DNA from: an uncultured Bacteriovoracaceae bacterium
GTDB lineage: Bacteria > Bdellovibrionota > Bacteriovoracia > Bacteriovoracales > Bacteriovoracaceae
Reading direction: 5' to 3'
Length of the DNA: 64,000 nt
NCBI GenBank assembly: GCA_964012805.1
Contig: CAXGUD010000011.1
Span: 32,001-96,000, forward strand
The notes beneath the pieces are model-generated. The model worked only from the letters and a program-made list of their open reading frames with translations. It made no database searches and was not told where the DNA came from. Shown here piece after piece: positions 39,601 through 49,571 of this stretch (its first letter is position 1; each line of letters begins with the position of its first letter). Position numbers and translations under genes: made by a program.

Positions 39601-40352
39601 AAGAGTTAAACTCTTTAGACGATCTTTTTGTAGAAACTTTGAATGATGGAACGGAAGTTCAAATAGAAAAAGAAAGCTTTGAGTTTCAAAAAAGATTTCC
39701 TCAGGAAGTAAAAGAGTGGCAGAGCAAATTTAAAAACTATAAGGCCCAATACAACGCTCTAGGAGAAATTAATTGGCAGGCTATAGAAGACTATAATCAT
39801 CAAAAAGTTAGATTCGACTTTTTAAAAGATCAAGAAGATGAATTAAGTAGATCATTATTAGATTTAGAAGCTGCTATCGCTCAAATTGATAAGAAGTCTA
39901 AAGAAAGATTTAAAGAGGCCTTTTTGGAGGTTAATGAGAGATTTGAAAAAGTATTCCCAATTATTTTTGGAGGTGGAGAGAGTAGCCTTAAAATTACAGG
40001 GGGCTTTGATGATCCAGATGCAGGCATAGATATCATTGCTAGACCACCTGGCAAAAAAATGCAGAATATTAACCTAATGTCTGGTGGTGAAAAAGCCTTA
40101 ACGGCCGTAAGCTTAATCTTTTCGATTTTTCTTGTTAAGCCATCTCCTTTTTGTTTACTGGATGAGGTTGATGCTCCTTTAGATGATGCCAATGTTGGGC
40201 GATTTAATGACTTGTTAAGAGAAATGAGCTCAGAATCTCAATTTATTCTAATTACGCATAATAAGAAGACAATGGAGCTCAACGATCGCCTTTATGGTGT
40301 AACTATGCAAGAGCCGGGAATTTCGAAAACAATGTCTATTCAGTTACAATAA
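36660..40352 (+). CDS. smc: Chromosome segregation protein SMC
   Basis: GFKSF, Walker A GPNGCGKSN, long coiled coils, MSGGEK, LLDEVDAPLD, ITH. Confidence 0.96.
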   Translation: MKLKRLVIQGFKSFKDRTTIHFDEGITGIVGPNGCGKSNIVDALFWVMGEQSAKHLRGNSMKDVIFAGSSKYNPGSWAEVSLVLDNDTKKHIHIGQKVSSPSEIQLTRKLYRNGESEYRINDLPSRLKDIQEVFMDTGAGSKSYSIIAQGEINRLVQAKPEERRMMIEEVAGITKFKIRKRESLRKIDQTQANMSRLSDLKNEIEKNLKSLKSQSEKAEKARSLKEKIKKGELITNSHKVFDLLKKYKDGKNSVSEKKIEIAEKLKEKDTLEIFLEEKKLLKEENVEKVELLQDEFNTHSKELASNESKLQGLIKLKEEKESLVERFEREKKLSEVELEKRIQKKEEVQEKLEELEVIGEQNIDFEEEEEKLSTLMEGLEEKEEDLRILEGSLTEENQRLLTVDQDLFKNTSKIEELSKNLEDINKEIEEVEKRYLGFSSEVVEERREVQDRKGELQVLEKQEEDSIKEIDDIEIKFKESKKAFDEANSRVIQEETMLKSLRELRDSLEGAESGTSDFLGENKDHYQLFGNVIDCEEKYEKGVQVLLNDFLDVVISKDDKFQEFCDWQKEHSEKTLDIFVSNLDDLSSVSDGFEPEVLERLNLAGYGDAKKLFDVISIPENMKTRLKETFSGFYLVDSLKPDDFCDSLKTLNFKRIVSADGKVLIKKFQGGKIINCNLSDTSSLLEQNNKIKKLEEDLIVSRQTFKDTEEILAKLEQELNEKKELQKSVSEKKQKVREEYRVKKSGLEIKLENHNFNSSRLNVLKERKQDFSQEKLGYIEGEETIRIEKEELEEKLETFKVKFEELEQEVQVERKSYEAQKEDFLRKKIEIDSFEEKLKAFKDQSIDLNEQIETQKERIQSYESSFEESQNTIESLEEETKTLTVENKEKAEELSDKEELLGNFKDELADLLLEMEEKGKLVKNLSSRINKLEKDVLEFETKSERFLLEEEEIVKNIFEKYKIDLRKSVGKFLNFIDEDYEELNSLDDLFVETLNDGTEVQIEKESFEFQKRFPQEVKEWQSKFKNYKAQYNALGEINWQAIEDYNHQKVRFDFLKDQEDELSRSLLDLEAAIAQIDKKSKERFKEAFLEVNERFEKVFPIIFGGGESSLKITGGFDDPDAGIDIIARPPGKKMQNINLMSGGEKALTAVSLIFSIFLVKPSPFCLLDEVDAPLDDANVGRFNDLLREMSSESQFILITHNKKTMELNDRLYGVTMQEPGISKTMSIQLQ

Positions 40353-40361
40353 GGATGTATA

Positions 40362-41009
40362 GTGGTTATGGGTCGTTTTGTAAAAGTTCTTTTTATTTTA
40401 TTATATTTAGTTGGAAGTAATTGTTTAGCAAAGAGCGTGTCTTTAACTGGAAAAAATTTTATTCCTGATACATTTAAAGCTTATTTTAAGCAATCTTATA
40501 AGAGCTCTCTGTCGGGAAAAGAAAAAGTTACGAAGGGGCATATTGAATATTTTTATCCAGGGAGAGTTCGTTTTGAAATAACCTCACCAGATAAAACCAT
40601 TTTCGTTTCAAATCCTAAAACTACTTGGTATTACAACGCGCCTTTTGTTGATGGTGAACCTGGTGAAGTTCTGATTAAGAAAACAGGTAAAATGGTTATC
40701 TCAAAGTTTTTTGATATTCTAAAAACTGGGTTGAATAATAATGATTATTATAAAGTAAAAAATAAAAATAACCTCTACGAGGTAAGCTTTTCGAAAAGTG
40801 TAATGGCGGAAATAGGTATTAAAAAATCTATTTTGAGTTTTAATAAAACTAAGGGAGTACTTCAATTTAGAGATGTTAGTTATATTGATCTTCATTATAC
40901 GGATAAACGTATTGTTAAGATGGTTTTTTCAAAAATCGAGCAATCTGTGAAATTTGCAAAAAATAGATTCATTTTTAAGATCCCCGATAATACTCAGATT
41001 TCAAACTAA
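40362..41009 (+). CDS. lolA: Outer-membrane lipoprotein carrier LolA-like protein
   Basis: Signal peptide, FKAYFKQ, YPGRVRFE, FVSNPKTTWYY, FIFKIP. Confidence 0.75.
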   Translation: MVMGRFVKVLFILLYLVGSNCLAKSVSLTGKNFIPDTFKAYFKQSYKSSLSGKEKVTKGHIEYFYPGRVRFEITSPDKTIFVSNPKTTWYYNAPFVDGEPGEVLIKKTGKMVISKFFDILKTGLNNNDYYKVKNKNNLYEVSFSKSVMAEIGIKKSILSFNKTKGVLQFRDVSYIDLHYTDKRIVKMVFSKIEQSVKFAKNRFIFKIPDNTQISN

Positions 41010-41033
41010 AACTAATCTAATTGGGAAAAACCT

Positions 41034-43100
41034 TTAGAGAATATCCCTCGGGAAGTAAAAAGGCTTTTTGTTGGTAACCCTTTTGTAGTTAATGTAGTTT
41101 CTTAGAACAAGCATTACATAATTTTTTGTTTCATTATAAGGAATCAATTCAATAAACTTAAATGCGTCTCCATCATACCTTTCTTCCGCCCACCTCCTGA
41201 CAGAAGCATTATTGGCATTGTAAGCTGCTATATAAAATATAAACTGCTGATTAAATTTCTTTTGAAGTCCCTTTAAGAGAGCACTTCCAAGGTCAAAATT
41301 AATTTGTGGATTATAAAGGTCTTTCGCCTGTCCATAAGGAATTTTGTATCTTTTTGAGAGCCTTTTCGCATTCTCTGGAGTTATTTGCATTGGTCCATAT
41401 GCCTCTGCGTGACTCCTGCTAAAAAGTTCGAAGGCAGACTCTTGCCTTGTAATGGAATATATAATTTCACGTTCTATATTATATTTTTTAGAAGCCTTAT
41501 TAATAGAATCTTCAAATGGTGTTGGAAAAAGATTATGAAAGAATTCCTCCGTATGAGGAGTTCTTGTTTTTGGGTTTATAGAATAAAATTTATGAAAAAG
41601 GCCTTGGTGCCAACCAATGGAGTTAAAAAAAGGAATAAGCTTTTTTAATTCTTCAATTGATTTAATATTTCTAGTCTTATTTTTTAAGTATGCTTTTGCA
41701 TGTCTTCCATTATTAGTTTTCTTAATAAAATAGAAAACGGGGTCTATATTTTTAATTTCATCAAAGCTTTTCTTTTGATCTTTAAATATAGGCAGGAAAG
41801 GTTTATTTAATTTGAGTTGAGAAATAACACCATAATAAGTGAAGGGAGCTTCTTCGTATAAATTAGCCCATTCTTTTTCGGCTCTCTTAATCTGTCCTGT
41901 TTTTTCGTAAGATATACTTTCCCAAAATGCAAATTTTAATTTTAGGTAGTAGTTATCTACTTTCTCTTTTTCTTTTTTAAAGTATGCAGCACTTTTTTCA
42001 AATTCATTTAGCAAGAAGTAATTCCAACCTATGGACCAGGTAATCTTATTTTTTAAGTCCTTTTTTATTTTCTTTACTCTATCTGCTTTCAATAAGTAAT
42101 TTAATGAACTTTTATAATTTTTCTTTTCTACTTCAATGCCCGAAAGTAAAAAAAGTGCATAAGACCTTTGATTTGAAGGTATGTTCTTTTGTCTTAAGAG
42201 GCCTTTTAATATTTTTATGGCCTTCTTTCTATCATGAATAGTCCAAATTGCTCTTGCATACCTTATTTCATTTTTCCACCACTCTTTTTCAATTAAAGCT
42301 TTATTTGGTGAGCTTTTGAGCTTTCTTTTTAAAAATCGGCTCATTTCCTTTATTTTAAGAATATATTTTTTCTCGTTCCTTTGATTCTTATAGCTTGCTT
42401 TGATTCTTTCCCAGGCCTTTATTTTCATTTCAATAGAACTGTTTTTGGCCTTCACTATTTTTTTGTATATTTCTCTGGCCTTTTTAAACTGCCTTTCTTT
42501 TTCAAAGTCTCTTCCCACCTTATAGGCATTTAAATTTGTTATTTTTTTATTAAACCTTGGTGCAATAGCCAGTCGAAGAGAAATAATTTTTTTGTTTTCA
42601 GGTTCGATTTCTAAGGCCTTATCAACTAGGGACAATTTTTCACGCTTATGTCTGGATATTTTGATAAGTTTCTTTAGTAATAATACTTCTAGAGACTTTA
42701 AGTTTAAGCTGCTGGCCTTTTCAAGGCCTTTATTTAAGAAGTCTTTTTTCAACCAATTTGGAGTTAAAGGTAAAAGGGCGTTATACTCTTTTTCAAAACT
42801 TTCTTTTGATTGGCCACACCACTTCCACTCTTTCATTAAAAAGTATTGCTTATATGGTACTTGAGGAAGTGGGCGAGATACTTCTTTTATTTTATTGCAA
42901 CGGGCGACTCCGGTGAGTTTTTTTTCGATAGATTCAATATTTTTGTATCTTGTAATGACCTCTTCTATAGAAGACTTTTTTATAGGATTAAGTTTTTCTA
43001 ATGGAGCAGGCTTTCTTGGAGTTTTATCCCAAAAGGGGATATGACTACATCCTATTAATGTGAAAAGAAGAGAGAAAAGAGGTATATAACCTTTCATCAC
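41034..43100 (-). CDS. Soluble lytic transglycosylase-like lipoprotein (TPR superhelix plus SLT domain)
   Basis: Lipobox LIGC; ITRQESAF (catalytic Glu), AYGPMQI, AAYNA, ELIPYNETKNYV. Confidence 0.9.
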   Translation of the reverse strand: MMKGYIPLFSLLFTLIGCSHIPFWDKTPRKPAPLEKLNPIKKSSIEEVITRYKNIESIEKKLTGVARCNKIKEVSRPLPQVPYKQYFLMKEWKWCGQSKESFEKEYNALLPLTPNWLKKDFLNKGLEKASSLNLKSLEVLLLKKLIKISRHKREKLSLVDKALEIEPENKKIISLRLAIAPRFNKKITNLNAYKVGRDFEKERQFKKAREIYKKIVKAKNSSIEMKIKAWERIKASYKNQRNEKKYILKIKEMSRFLKRKLKSSPNKALIEKEWWKNEIRYARAIWTIHDRKKAIKILKGLLRQKNIPSNQRSYALFLLSGIEVEKKNYKSSLNYLLKADRVKKIKKDLKNKITWSIGWNYFLLNEFEKSAAYFKKEKEKVDNYYLKLKFAFWESISYEKTGQIKRAEKEWANLYEEAPFTYYGVISQLKLNKPFLPIFKDQKKSFDEIKNIDPVFYFIKKTNNGRHAKAYLKNKTRNIKSIEELKKLIPFFNSIGWHQGLFHKFYSINPKTRTPHTEEFFHNLFPTPFEDSINKASKKYNIEREIIYSITRQESAFELFSRSHAEAYGPMQITPENAKRLSKRYKIPYGQAKDLYNPQINFDLGSALLKGLQKKFNQQFIFYIAAYNANNASVRRWAEERYDGDAFKFIELIPYNETKNYVMLVLRNYINYKRVTNKKPFYFPRDIL

Positions 43101-43293
43101 TTAAATCCTTGTGATACTGGCCAAAAAAAATAATTTTTATTTATCTTAGTTAATTGTATCTCATATAGCAATTATAGTAATTTCAGTATGTTAACATGTC
43201 TTTTTTATAAGGTTGGATAAGTTTTTCCAACTCCTTCCCAGACCCTACATTTTATATTACTAATCAACCATAAAAGTAGACTTCAATTACGTA

Positions 43294-44697
43294 ATGGTGG
43301 GTATAGTGCACTTAGAAAAAAGTTCAAAAGCAAAAGAAATTTTTCAAAACAAAACCGTTCATTTTACATCTTTAGGCTGTTCTAAGAACTTAGTAGACTC
43401 TCAAGTCATGTTGGGTCATTTAGGGTTAGAGGGCTTTGAAATTGTTCAAGACCCCTCTTTGGCCACCGTTATCATTGTTAATACGTGTTCATTTATTGAA
43501 GCCTCCAAAAAAGAGTCCATTGATACAATCTTAGAATTGGCTGAATTCAAAAATTCAGAAGTTGGTCGGTGCCGTGCTTTGGTCGTCTCTGGTTGTATGG
43601 CCCAAAGATATTCAGATCAACTTGTTGAAGGTCTTCCAGAGGTAGACCTTTTTATAGGTACCGGGGAGTACCACAAGATCGTTCATCTCTTAAAAGCTTT
43701 CGATGAAGGGGCCTTAGATAAGAAATCCTTTGTAGAGATCCCCAAGTTTATACACACAGAATTTGATCCCAGAATAAATACATCACCATTTTATACAGCA
43801 TGGTTAAAAGTATCAGAAGGTTGTAATAGGAATTGCACTTTTTGTATTATTCCTACAATTCGCGGGCGTTTGAGGTCTCGATCTGTTGCCTCTCTTGTAG
43901 AGGAAGCAAAAAACTTAGCTTCTAATGGAGTCAAAGAGCTAAATCTCATATCTCAGGACTTATCTGATTATGGAGTTGATTTAAAAGATAGCGATAATTT
44001 ACTAGAATTATTGAGAGGATTGGAAAATGTAGAGGGGATTCAGTGGATTAGGCTTTTTTACTTTTATCCAGATGAGTTAACTGACGAAGTGATAGATTTT
44101 ATTTCAAAATCAAAAAAGGTTTGTCCTTACCTGGATATGCCTGTTCAGCACTTTAGTTCTTCTGTTTTAAAAAGAATGAATAGAAAAATAACGGGAGAAG
44201 AGATTCTTTCGAGGATTGAAAAACTAAGATCTTCCATTCCTCATATAGTTTTGAGGACATCAATTATAGTTGGTTTCCCTGGTGAGTCTGAAGAAGACTT
44301 TCAGACTCTTCTCGAAGGGGTTAAGAAGGCGAGGTTTAATCATTTAGGAATTTTCCGCTACTCTGATGAAGAAGGCACTCCTGCATTTAGACTTAAGCCA
44401 AAGGTTTCAGCAGAGGTTATTGAAAATCGCTTTGATCAATTGTTTGATGTTCAAGAGGAAATCTCTGAATCTTTAAATAAATCTTTTATTGGGAAAGAAA
44501 TTGATGTCTTGATTGAAGGGACTCATGAAGAGACTGAACTTCTCCTACAGGGAAGACATATAGGTCAAGCACCTGATGTTGATGGTAAGGTTATAATTAA
44601 TGATACCTCTTCTTTACCTCTTTCGGTTGGGCAGGTTGTAAAGGTCAGTATTACTGAGTCCTCTGAATTCGATTTAGTTGGAAAAGTAATCTGTTGA
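43294..44697 (+). CDS. rimO: Ribosomal protein S12 methylthiotransferase RimO
   Basis: SLGCSKNLVDS, NTCSFI, EGCNRNCTFC, C-terminal TRAM domain with APDVDG. Confidence 0.95.
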   Translation: MVGIVHLEKSSKAKEIFQNKTVHFTSLGCSKNLVDSQVMLGHLGLEGFEIVQDPSLATVIIVNTCSFIEASKKESIDTILELAEFKNSEVGRCRALVVSGCMAQRYSDQLVEGLPEVDLFIGTGEYHKIVHLLKAFDEGALDKKSFVEIPKFIHTEFDPRINTSPFYTAWLKVSEGCNRNCTFCIIPTIRGRLRSRSVASLVEEAKNLASNGVKELNLISQDLSDYGVDLKDSDNLLELLRGLENVEGIQWIRLFYFYPDELTDEVIDFISKSKKVCPYLDMPVQHFSSSVLKRMNRKITGEEILSRIEKLRSSIPHIVLRTSIIVGFPGESEEDFQTLLEGVKKARFNHLGIFRYSDEEGTPAFRLKPKVSAEVIENRFDQLFDVQEEISESLNKSFIGKEIDVLIEGTHEETELLLQGRHIGQAPDVDGKVIINDTSSLPLSVGQVVKVSITESSEFDLVGKVIC

Positions 44698-44704
44698 GAA
44701 AAGC

Positions 44705-47700
44705 TCAGAAACCGTATTTTTCCAATGCTCCCGTTGCTGTGCATTGGTTGGACCCGGCCCCGCTATTGTATCCAGAGCTTGCATCGTCGAAGTCGGCAAA
44801 CTGGTTCCACCCAGTTCCAATGTAGTTGTCATCAATATTACCAGATCCATCCATATTATCACTTAAGAGTTCATCGTCTGGATTAATGAGGTCTATAGAA
44901 CTGTCTGCTGTAAAAGGTTTATTCCACTCTCTTACTAGAAGCCTTATTCTAGCTTTAATTTCTCCTGAGTTGTTGAGACAGTTGTATGTATAAAATGGGT
45001 TAGCTTCGTTAAACTTACCAGCTGTAGCATCATTAGCATCGGCGTTTTTTGTAATAGCATCCCAAGAGATATCATTATAGATATAACTACTGGATTGCCC
45101 ATTTGATAGGACTGCTTTACATTGATTACTTTTTGTAAAGTTTGCCAAGTAAATATTGAGGTCACTTGTGATATCAGAGTCATTTACACTATCAGGAGCA
45201 TCGTAATTAAAAGTTTGGGTTGAATTAGTTGCTGTGACAACTCCAATTCTATCAGTTATATCTTGTGCAGAGAGCTCAGTTAATTTCGAAAGAGGTCCTG
45301 ACATGCAAGAAAGTTTACTACCAGTACAATTGCTTGGGAATGCATCTAACCCGTCATTAGTCGCATCACAGATGTAATTCCAAGAATCCGTTGTAGTATC
45401 ACAAGATGCTTCACTTGTTTTTAGAAGGTCTATTGACTCTGTATAATCATAGAAACCATCTCCATCGGTATCAGTGAAGCACTTCTTTTCTCCAGACTTT
45501 ATATAGTTGACTGGATTCACGGTAATTTGACCATCATCACAAGGATCATCGCATAGTTCTGTCGAAGAAGTATAAGCTTGTCCGTAATTACCATCTTGAG
45601 TTCCATCTCGGGAATGGTATTCAGGTATATCGTTGCCACTGTTCCACTGATTTTTGCAAATTTCGTCTTGGTAGGCACCTGTGGCTTGAAAGACGTTTTT
45701 TGATGCTGGGTCTGATTTTTTATATTGCTTTTTGAAGAAGCCAAAGGGTAAATGTTCTACAAAAGGACATATACCGGATGTTTCGACAGCTAAAGCCAAA
45801 CCATTTTTTTGAAGATCATGTTCTCCTATATCTATGTAGCATAAGATATCTTTGGTGTCTGTTTTAGGGTCATTATTTATTTGGTCTAATGTAACTCTAC
45901 AATCAGATCTACTATGTCCTTGTCCTTCTTTGTGAAGAATTGCGTTTGATAATGAATTACTGGAGAGGTTTAGCCTCAACTTAAAATGTTCGTGTACTTT
46001 AAGTTTAAAGTCGTGGGTTTCAAATCCAGAGTCATTATATACTGTAACAGTGAAGTTCTTCGTTTCAATACCATTATTTGGAGTTCCTTCTATCACTCCT
46101 GTTGAGCTATTCATAAATAACCCAGAAGGAAGATCTGGTGATATAGAAAAGCTTAAAGTAGTGTTACCACCCTTATTAAGTATAGGGGCCAATCTAAAAG
46201 TTTCGCCGACATAAGCATTATAAATATGATCAGTCTGAATATGTGTTATGGAACTTGCATCCGGTGTCGACTCAAAGGTAATATCGTTTAGAATACCCTG
46301 ATCAGTTGATATATCCCCATAAATCACGTTTATGGAGATTGAAGAAGAATCATTTTGGTAGTTTACAACACCACTTGCTTTATAGTTTGTATCTAACGAG
46401 TCTACGGTCGAGCCAGTAGTTATATAAGCTCCATTAAAAAAGGTGGAAGATGGAGGAGAGACATCTGGGTCTATGCTGACAATAAGATTATCTGAAGTGA
46501 TATCTTTTATTGTAATTTGAGTATTGTTTGCATAATAGTCGTTATTTTCAGAAAAAGAACCTTTTACGATTCTTACGTAGACATCAGTTGATGGGTCAAT
46601 GTGAACTATCTCGGCAATATGATCAGCAGTGTCTTCATTATTTCCATTTAAAATTAATTGTCCATTAGTAGCATCGGTACCCGTGGTTAATTTAAATGCG
46701 GCATTGTAGTATTCGACATCCTTGATTGAAGCTACAGGCTTATTATAGTTATAGGCAGTGTCTATTTGTTCATTCTTTTTAAACTCACCTTCAAGCACTT
46801 TAACCAGAAGGAAGGGGTCAGAAGGCGAGTTGTGTATTTTTTCTTTAACGATACCTTTAGCACCTCCGGAAGAAACAATATGATCTCTCTTATCAACGCT
46901 CGCATCTGTTTCAGATAGTTTTAAAATGGCATCTCGTGAATAGGAAAGAAACTTTGGAGGGTCTATAATACTCAGAGTAAGCACAGTTGAAATTTCTTTA
47001 CCCAAAATATTTTTTGCCTTAACTGTGAAGTTTGCATTATTTATTGTTGAAGTTGCAGTTCCATCTATTCGACCTGTAGTTGCATCAAAGGTTAAATCAC
47101 TTGGTAAAGAAGGTGAAATTGTAAAATCTTGGAGGTCCGCGGTATGATCTGGTTCTATGTCGATATTGTTTCCGACTTGAAATATTCTTTCGCTTGTAGA
47201 AATTTTGGTCTCTGACCATATATAATCGCTTGAATTATCTACTTCTGTTCCCATCTTGAAGGAAGAACCAGTTGTTGCATCAGTAACTTTAAGTTGAATA
47301 ACGCCAAAGTTTTTAGAAATGATGTCGGCTTTTGTACCTTCTTTACTAGTTGAAAGGCTTTCTCCTACTTTGAAGTTAGTACTGTCTTCAAGGATAACTT
47401 TGAAGACATCATTAGTATTTAACTTATAATTAAGGTTATCGACTACGTTGGGTTTTTTGTTCCAAACTGTTATCCATAATGAGGTTGATTGAGTTTCTCC
47501 GTTTTGGTTTCTGACGGTGAAGTTAAATTGGGTTGGCAAAAATTCCAAAGGAGTTCCATCAGCTGTTGCGTCTCCTGAAGTTTCGCTAAAGCTTATATTA
47601 TATTTTGGCAAATTAAGAGGAGGACTGACGGAGTAATCGAGAGTTTCATTATTTTTTTTATCTTCCGGAGGATTTAATGTTGGAGCTAGGTCTACAGTCG

Positions 47701-48535
47701 AGTCTGTATTGTTGAAAAAATGGATAACCTTTTCAATTTTGTTTTTCTTTCCAAAGTAGTGGTTTCCTATATCTATAAAATCACCGGCTTTGAAGTTCGC
47801 ATCTTCACTTTGAATTTTAACAATGACCGTATTGTAGGTATCATCGATAGTATCTACAGAAACATCTGCTTTATAACCGTCTTGGTTAATGATTGTCTTA
47901 TAGTCACCGTTATCCCTGATTGGGTGATAAGAGCTGAATAAGCCTGAATCATTGTAGAGGTAAAATTCACCAGAGTCTGGCTCAATTTCAACAATTGAGC
48001 TTAACTCAAGTAGGATGTATTTCCCTATCTTTTGTTTGTATGTAATGCTATCTATTTTTGTGGTGACAGAAAGGTCAAAAGTGGTTTCATAATCTGCGTC
48101 TGAAGCATGTTTCCCTTTGACTGTAAACCTTGTTTCCGATAAAAATGATGTAGGTTTTCCACTAACCTCACCTGTTAGACCATTAAATTCAAGGCCTATC
48201 TGCTCAAGTTTTTCCCTCGGATCAATTGAAAAAGTCATTTCGCTTTCATTTGTGAAAGCTTTACCCGATGATGTGGAATAAAGCTTTAAAGAAAAAGATG
48301 AATCGTCTTCATTGTTTTCGCTACTTTCACTAGACTGAGATGGTATGAACCTTTGGAGTTTATGAGGCCCAGTTTTGTCATAGTCAATGCCAGTTGGAAC
48401 CTCAGTTGTGAATTTAGGAAGCTCTTTGTAAGGGTCTGAAGGCGGTTCTTCATTAAAGCTGTCTATGCTATCAGGAAGGCAGCTGACAAATATTATCATG
48501 ATGAAAAAATGAATTAGTAAGTGAATCCCCTTCAT
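44705..48535 (-). CDS. Large (~1276 aa) lipoprotein with putative Ig-like repeats and Cys-rich C-terminal domain
   Basis: AGAGGA SD before ATG48535, lipobox IFVSC; repeats like FSISPDLPSGLFMNSSTGVIEGTP; DTDGDGFYD motif. Confidence 0.8.
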   Translation of the reverse strand: MKGIHLLIHFFIMIIFVSCLPDSIDSFNEEPPSDPYKELPKFTTEVPTGIDYDKTGPHKLQRFIPSQSSESSENNEDDSSFSLKLYSTSSGKAFTNESEMTFSIDPREKLEQIGLEFNGLTGEVSGKPTSFLSETRFTVKGKHASDADYETTFDLSVTTKIDSITYKQKIGKYILLELSSIVEIEPDSGEFYLYNDSGLFSSYHPIRDNGDYKTIINQDGYKADVSVDTIDDTYNTVIVKIQSEDANFKAGDFIDIGNHYFGKKNKIEKVIHFFNNTDSTVDLAPTLNPPEDKKNNETLDYSVSPPLNLPKYNISFSETSGDATADGTPLEFLPTQFNFTVRNQNGETQSTSLWITVWNKKPNVVDNLNYKLNTNDVFKVILEDSTNFKVGESLSTSKEGTKADIISKNFGVIQLKVTDATTGSSFKMGTEVDNSSDYIWSETKISTSERIFQVGNNIDIEPDHTADLQDFTISPSLPSDLTFDATTGRIDGTATSTINNANFTVKAKNILGKEISTVLTLSIIDPPKFLSYSRDAILKLSETDASVDKRDHIVSSGGAKGIVKEKIHNSPSDPFLLVKVLEGEFKKNEQIDTAYNYNKPVASIKDVEYYNAAFKLTTGTDATNGQLILNGNNEDTADHIAEIVHIDPSTDVYVRIVKGSFSENNDYYANNTQITIKDITSDNLIVSIDPDVSPPSSTFFNGAYITTGSTVDSLDTNYKASGVVNYQNDSSSISINVIYGDISTDQGILNDITFESTPDASSITHIQTDHIYNAYVGETFRLAPILNKGGNTTLSFSISPDLPSGLFMNSSTGVIEGTPNNGIETKNFTVTVYNDSGFETHDFKLKVHEHFKLRLNLSSNSLSNAILHKEGQGHSRSDCRVTLDQINNDPKTDTKDILCYIDIGEHDLQKNGLALAVETSGICPFVEHLPFGFFKKQYKKSDPASKNVFQATGAYQDEICKNQWNSGNDIPEYHSRDGTQDGNYGQAYTSSTELCDDPCDDGQITVNPVNYIKSGEKKCFTDTDGDGFYDYTESIDLLKTSEASCDTTTDSWNYICDATNDGLDAFPSNCTGSKLSCMSGPLSKLTELSAQDITDRIGVVTATNSTQTFNYDAPDSVNDSDITSDLNIYLANFTKSNQCKAVLSNGQSSSYIYNDISWDAITKNADANDATAGKFNEANPFYTYNCLNNSGEIKARIRLLVREWNKPFTADSSIDLINPDDELLSDNMDGSGNIDDNYIGTGWNQFADFDDASSGYNSGAGSNQCTATGALEKYGF

Positions 48536-48746
48536 GTCCTCTATTATCGTTATTTTGATAGAAATAATTATGAATAGAGAAGATAATATTTTATAAATCA
48601 AAGTCTTCCTGGATTTTTTTTCAGTAAAAGTTGAGTCCTTAACTTGATTAATGACCAACTTTTTTTCGAGTTAAACTTGTAACTTATCGAAATAATGATT
48701 TAATTGAATCTGGTAATAAAACTTAACAATAATTTCATTTTAATTA

Positions 48747-49571
48747 ATGCGGAATTGTCTTATGAAAAACTTTTCGTTCGTATTTGTTTTTTTATTCATT
48801 TGTAACACTTCTAGCGCAGACTTATCCGACACTTTCTCAGGGTATGGGGAAAAGTTAAGGCCGTATTTTAAAAAGTTTTTAGGCGATAAAAGGACCGACA
48901 AGTTACTAGGAGTAAAAAAGTCGGGAATTAAAATGCCTAAAATTCCTGAGGTTAGGAAAGATGCAAGGAACGTAAACCTTTTAAGAAAAGGGAAGAGAAA
49001 TTCAGGTAATAAAAAATTATCCAGAAGAAAGAAACAAAAGTATGACCTAGCTTTTATTAGAGAGATTACTAGAGTGACAAGGCAAATGAAGTCGACATTA
49101 AACGAAGATAAAAGATGGCTCAATGTTATGTCTCAAGGAGGAACAAGAGAAGGGGTTTATAGAGGAATTGTTTTAGAGGACCGTTACCTTAGGCTAGAAA
49201 GAAAGTCATTCCCTATTAACCCTAAGGTTTTAGAGTTTAGCTTACATTTTGCTAATAACTTTTTGTCACAGGATATTAAAAAATCTGCCTTGAGAAGATC
49301 AAACTTTTATACATTAAAAAAGGTCATAGTTGAAAGGTCTCTAGAGGTTTTAGATAGTTTTCCTCTTGAAAATGATGATCTCTATGATTGGTATGCCTTA
49401 TTTTCTAGCTATTTGGCGAAAAAATACCCTCGTATTTGGGTGAATAAATTAAGGAAAAACTCTAACGCCAAAATACATAAGCATTGGGCTAAAAATGTGC
49501 CTGAGCAACATGTAAAATCAGAAGTAATTATTAAGATGCATAAAGTTTTTAACTTTCAGTTAAGCCGCTAG
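48747..49571 (+). CDS. Hypothetical exported basic protein
   Basis: 274-aa ORF, signal-like N-terminus (ATG48762 alternative), Lys/Arg-rich. Confidence 0.65.
   Translation: MRNCLMKNFSFVFVFLFICNTSSADLSDTFSGYGEKLRPYFKKFLGDKRTDKLLGVKKSGIKMPKIPEVRKDARNVNLLRKGKRNSGNKKLSRRKKQKYDLAFIREITRVTRQMKSTLNEDKRWLNVMSQGGTREGVYRGIVLEDRYLRLERKSFPINPKVLEFSLHFANNFLSQDIKKSALRRSNFYTLKKVIVERSLEVLDSFPLENDDLYDWYALFSSYLAKKYPRIWVNKLRKNSNAKIHKHWAKNVPEQHVKSEVIIKMHKVFNFQLSR

Noticed and set aside
48536..48658. N-terminal 41 aa of the 1317-aa ORF
   Set aside because: ATG48535 has an SD and yields a proper lipoprotein signal; the upstream TTG start is likely spurious.
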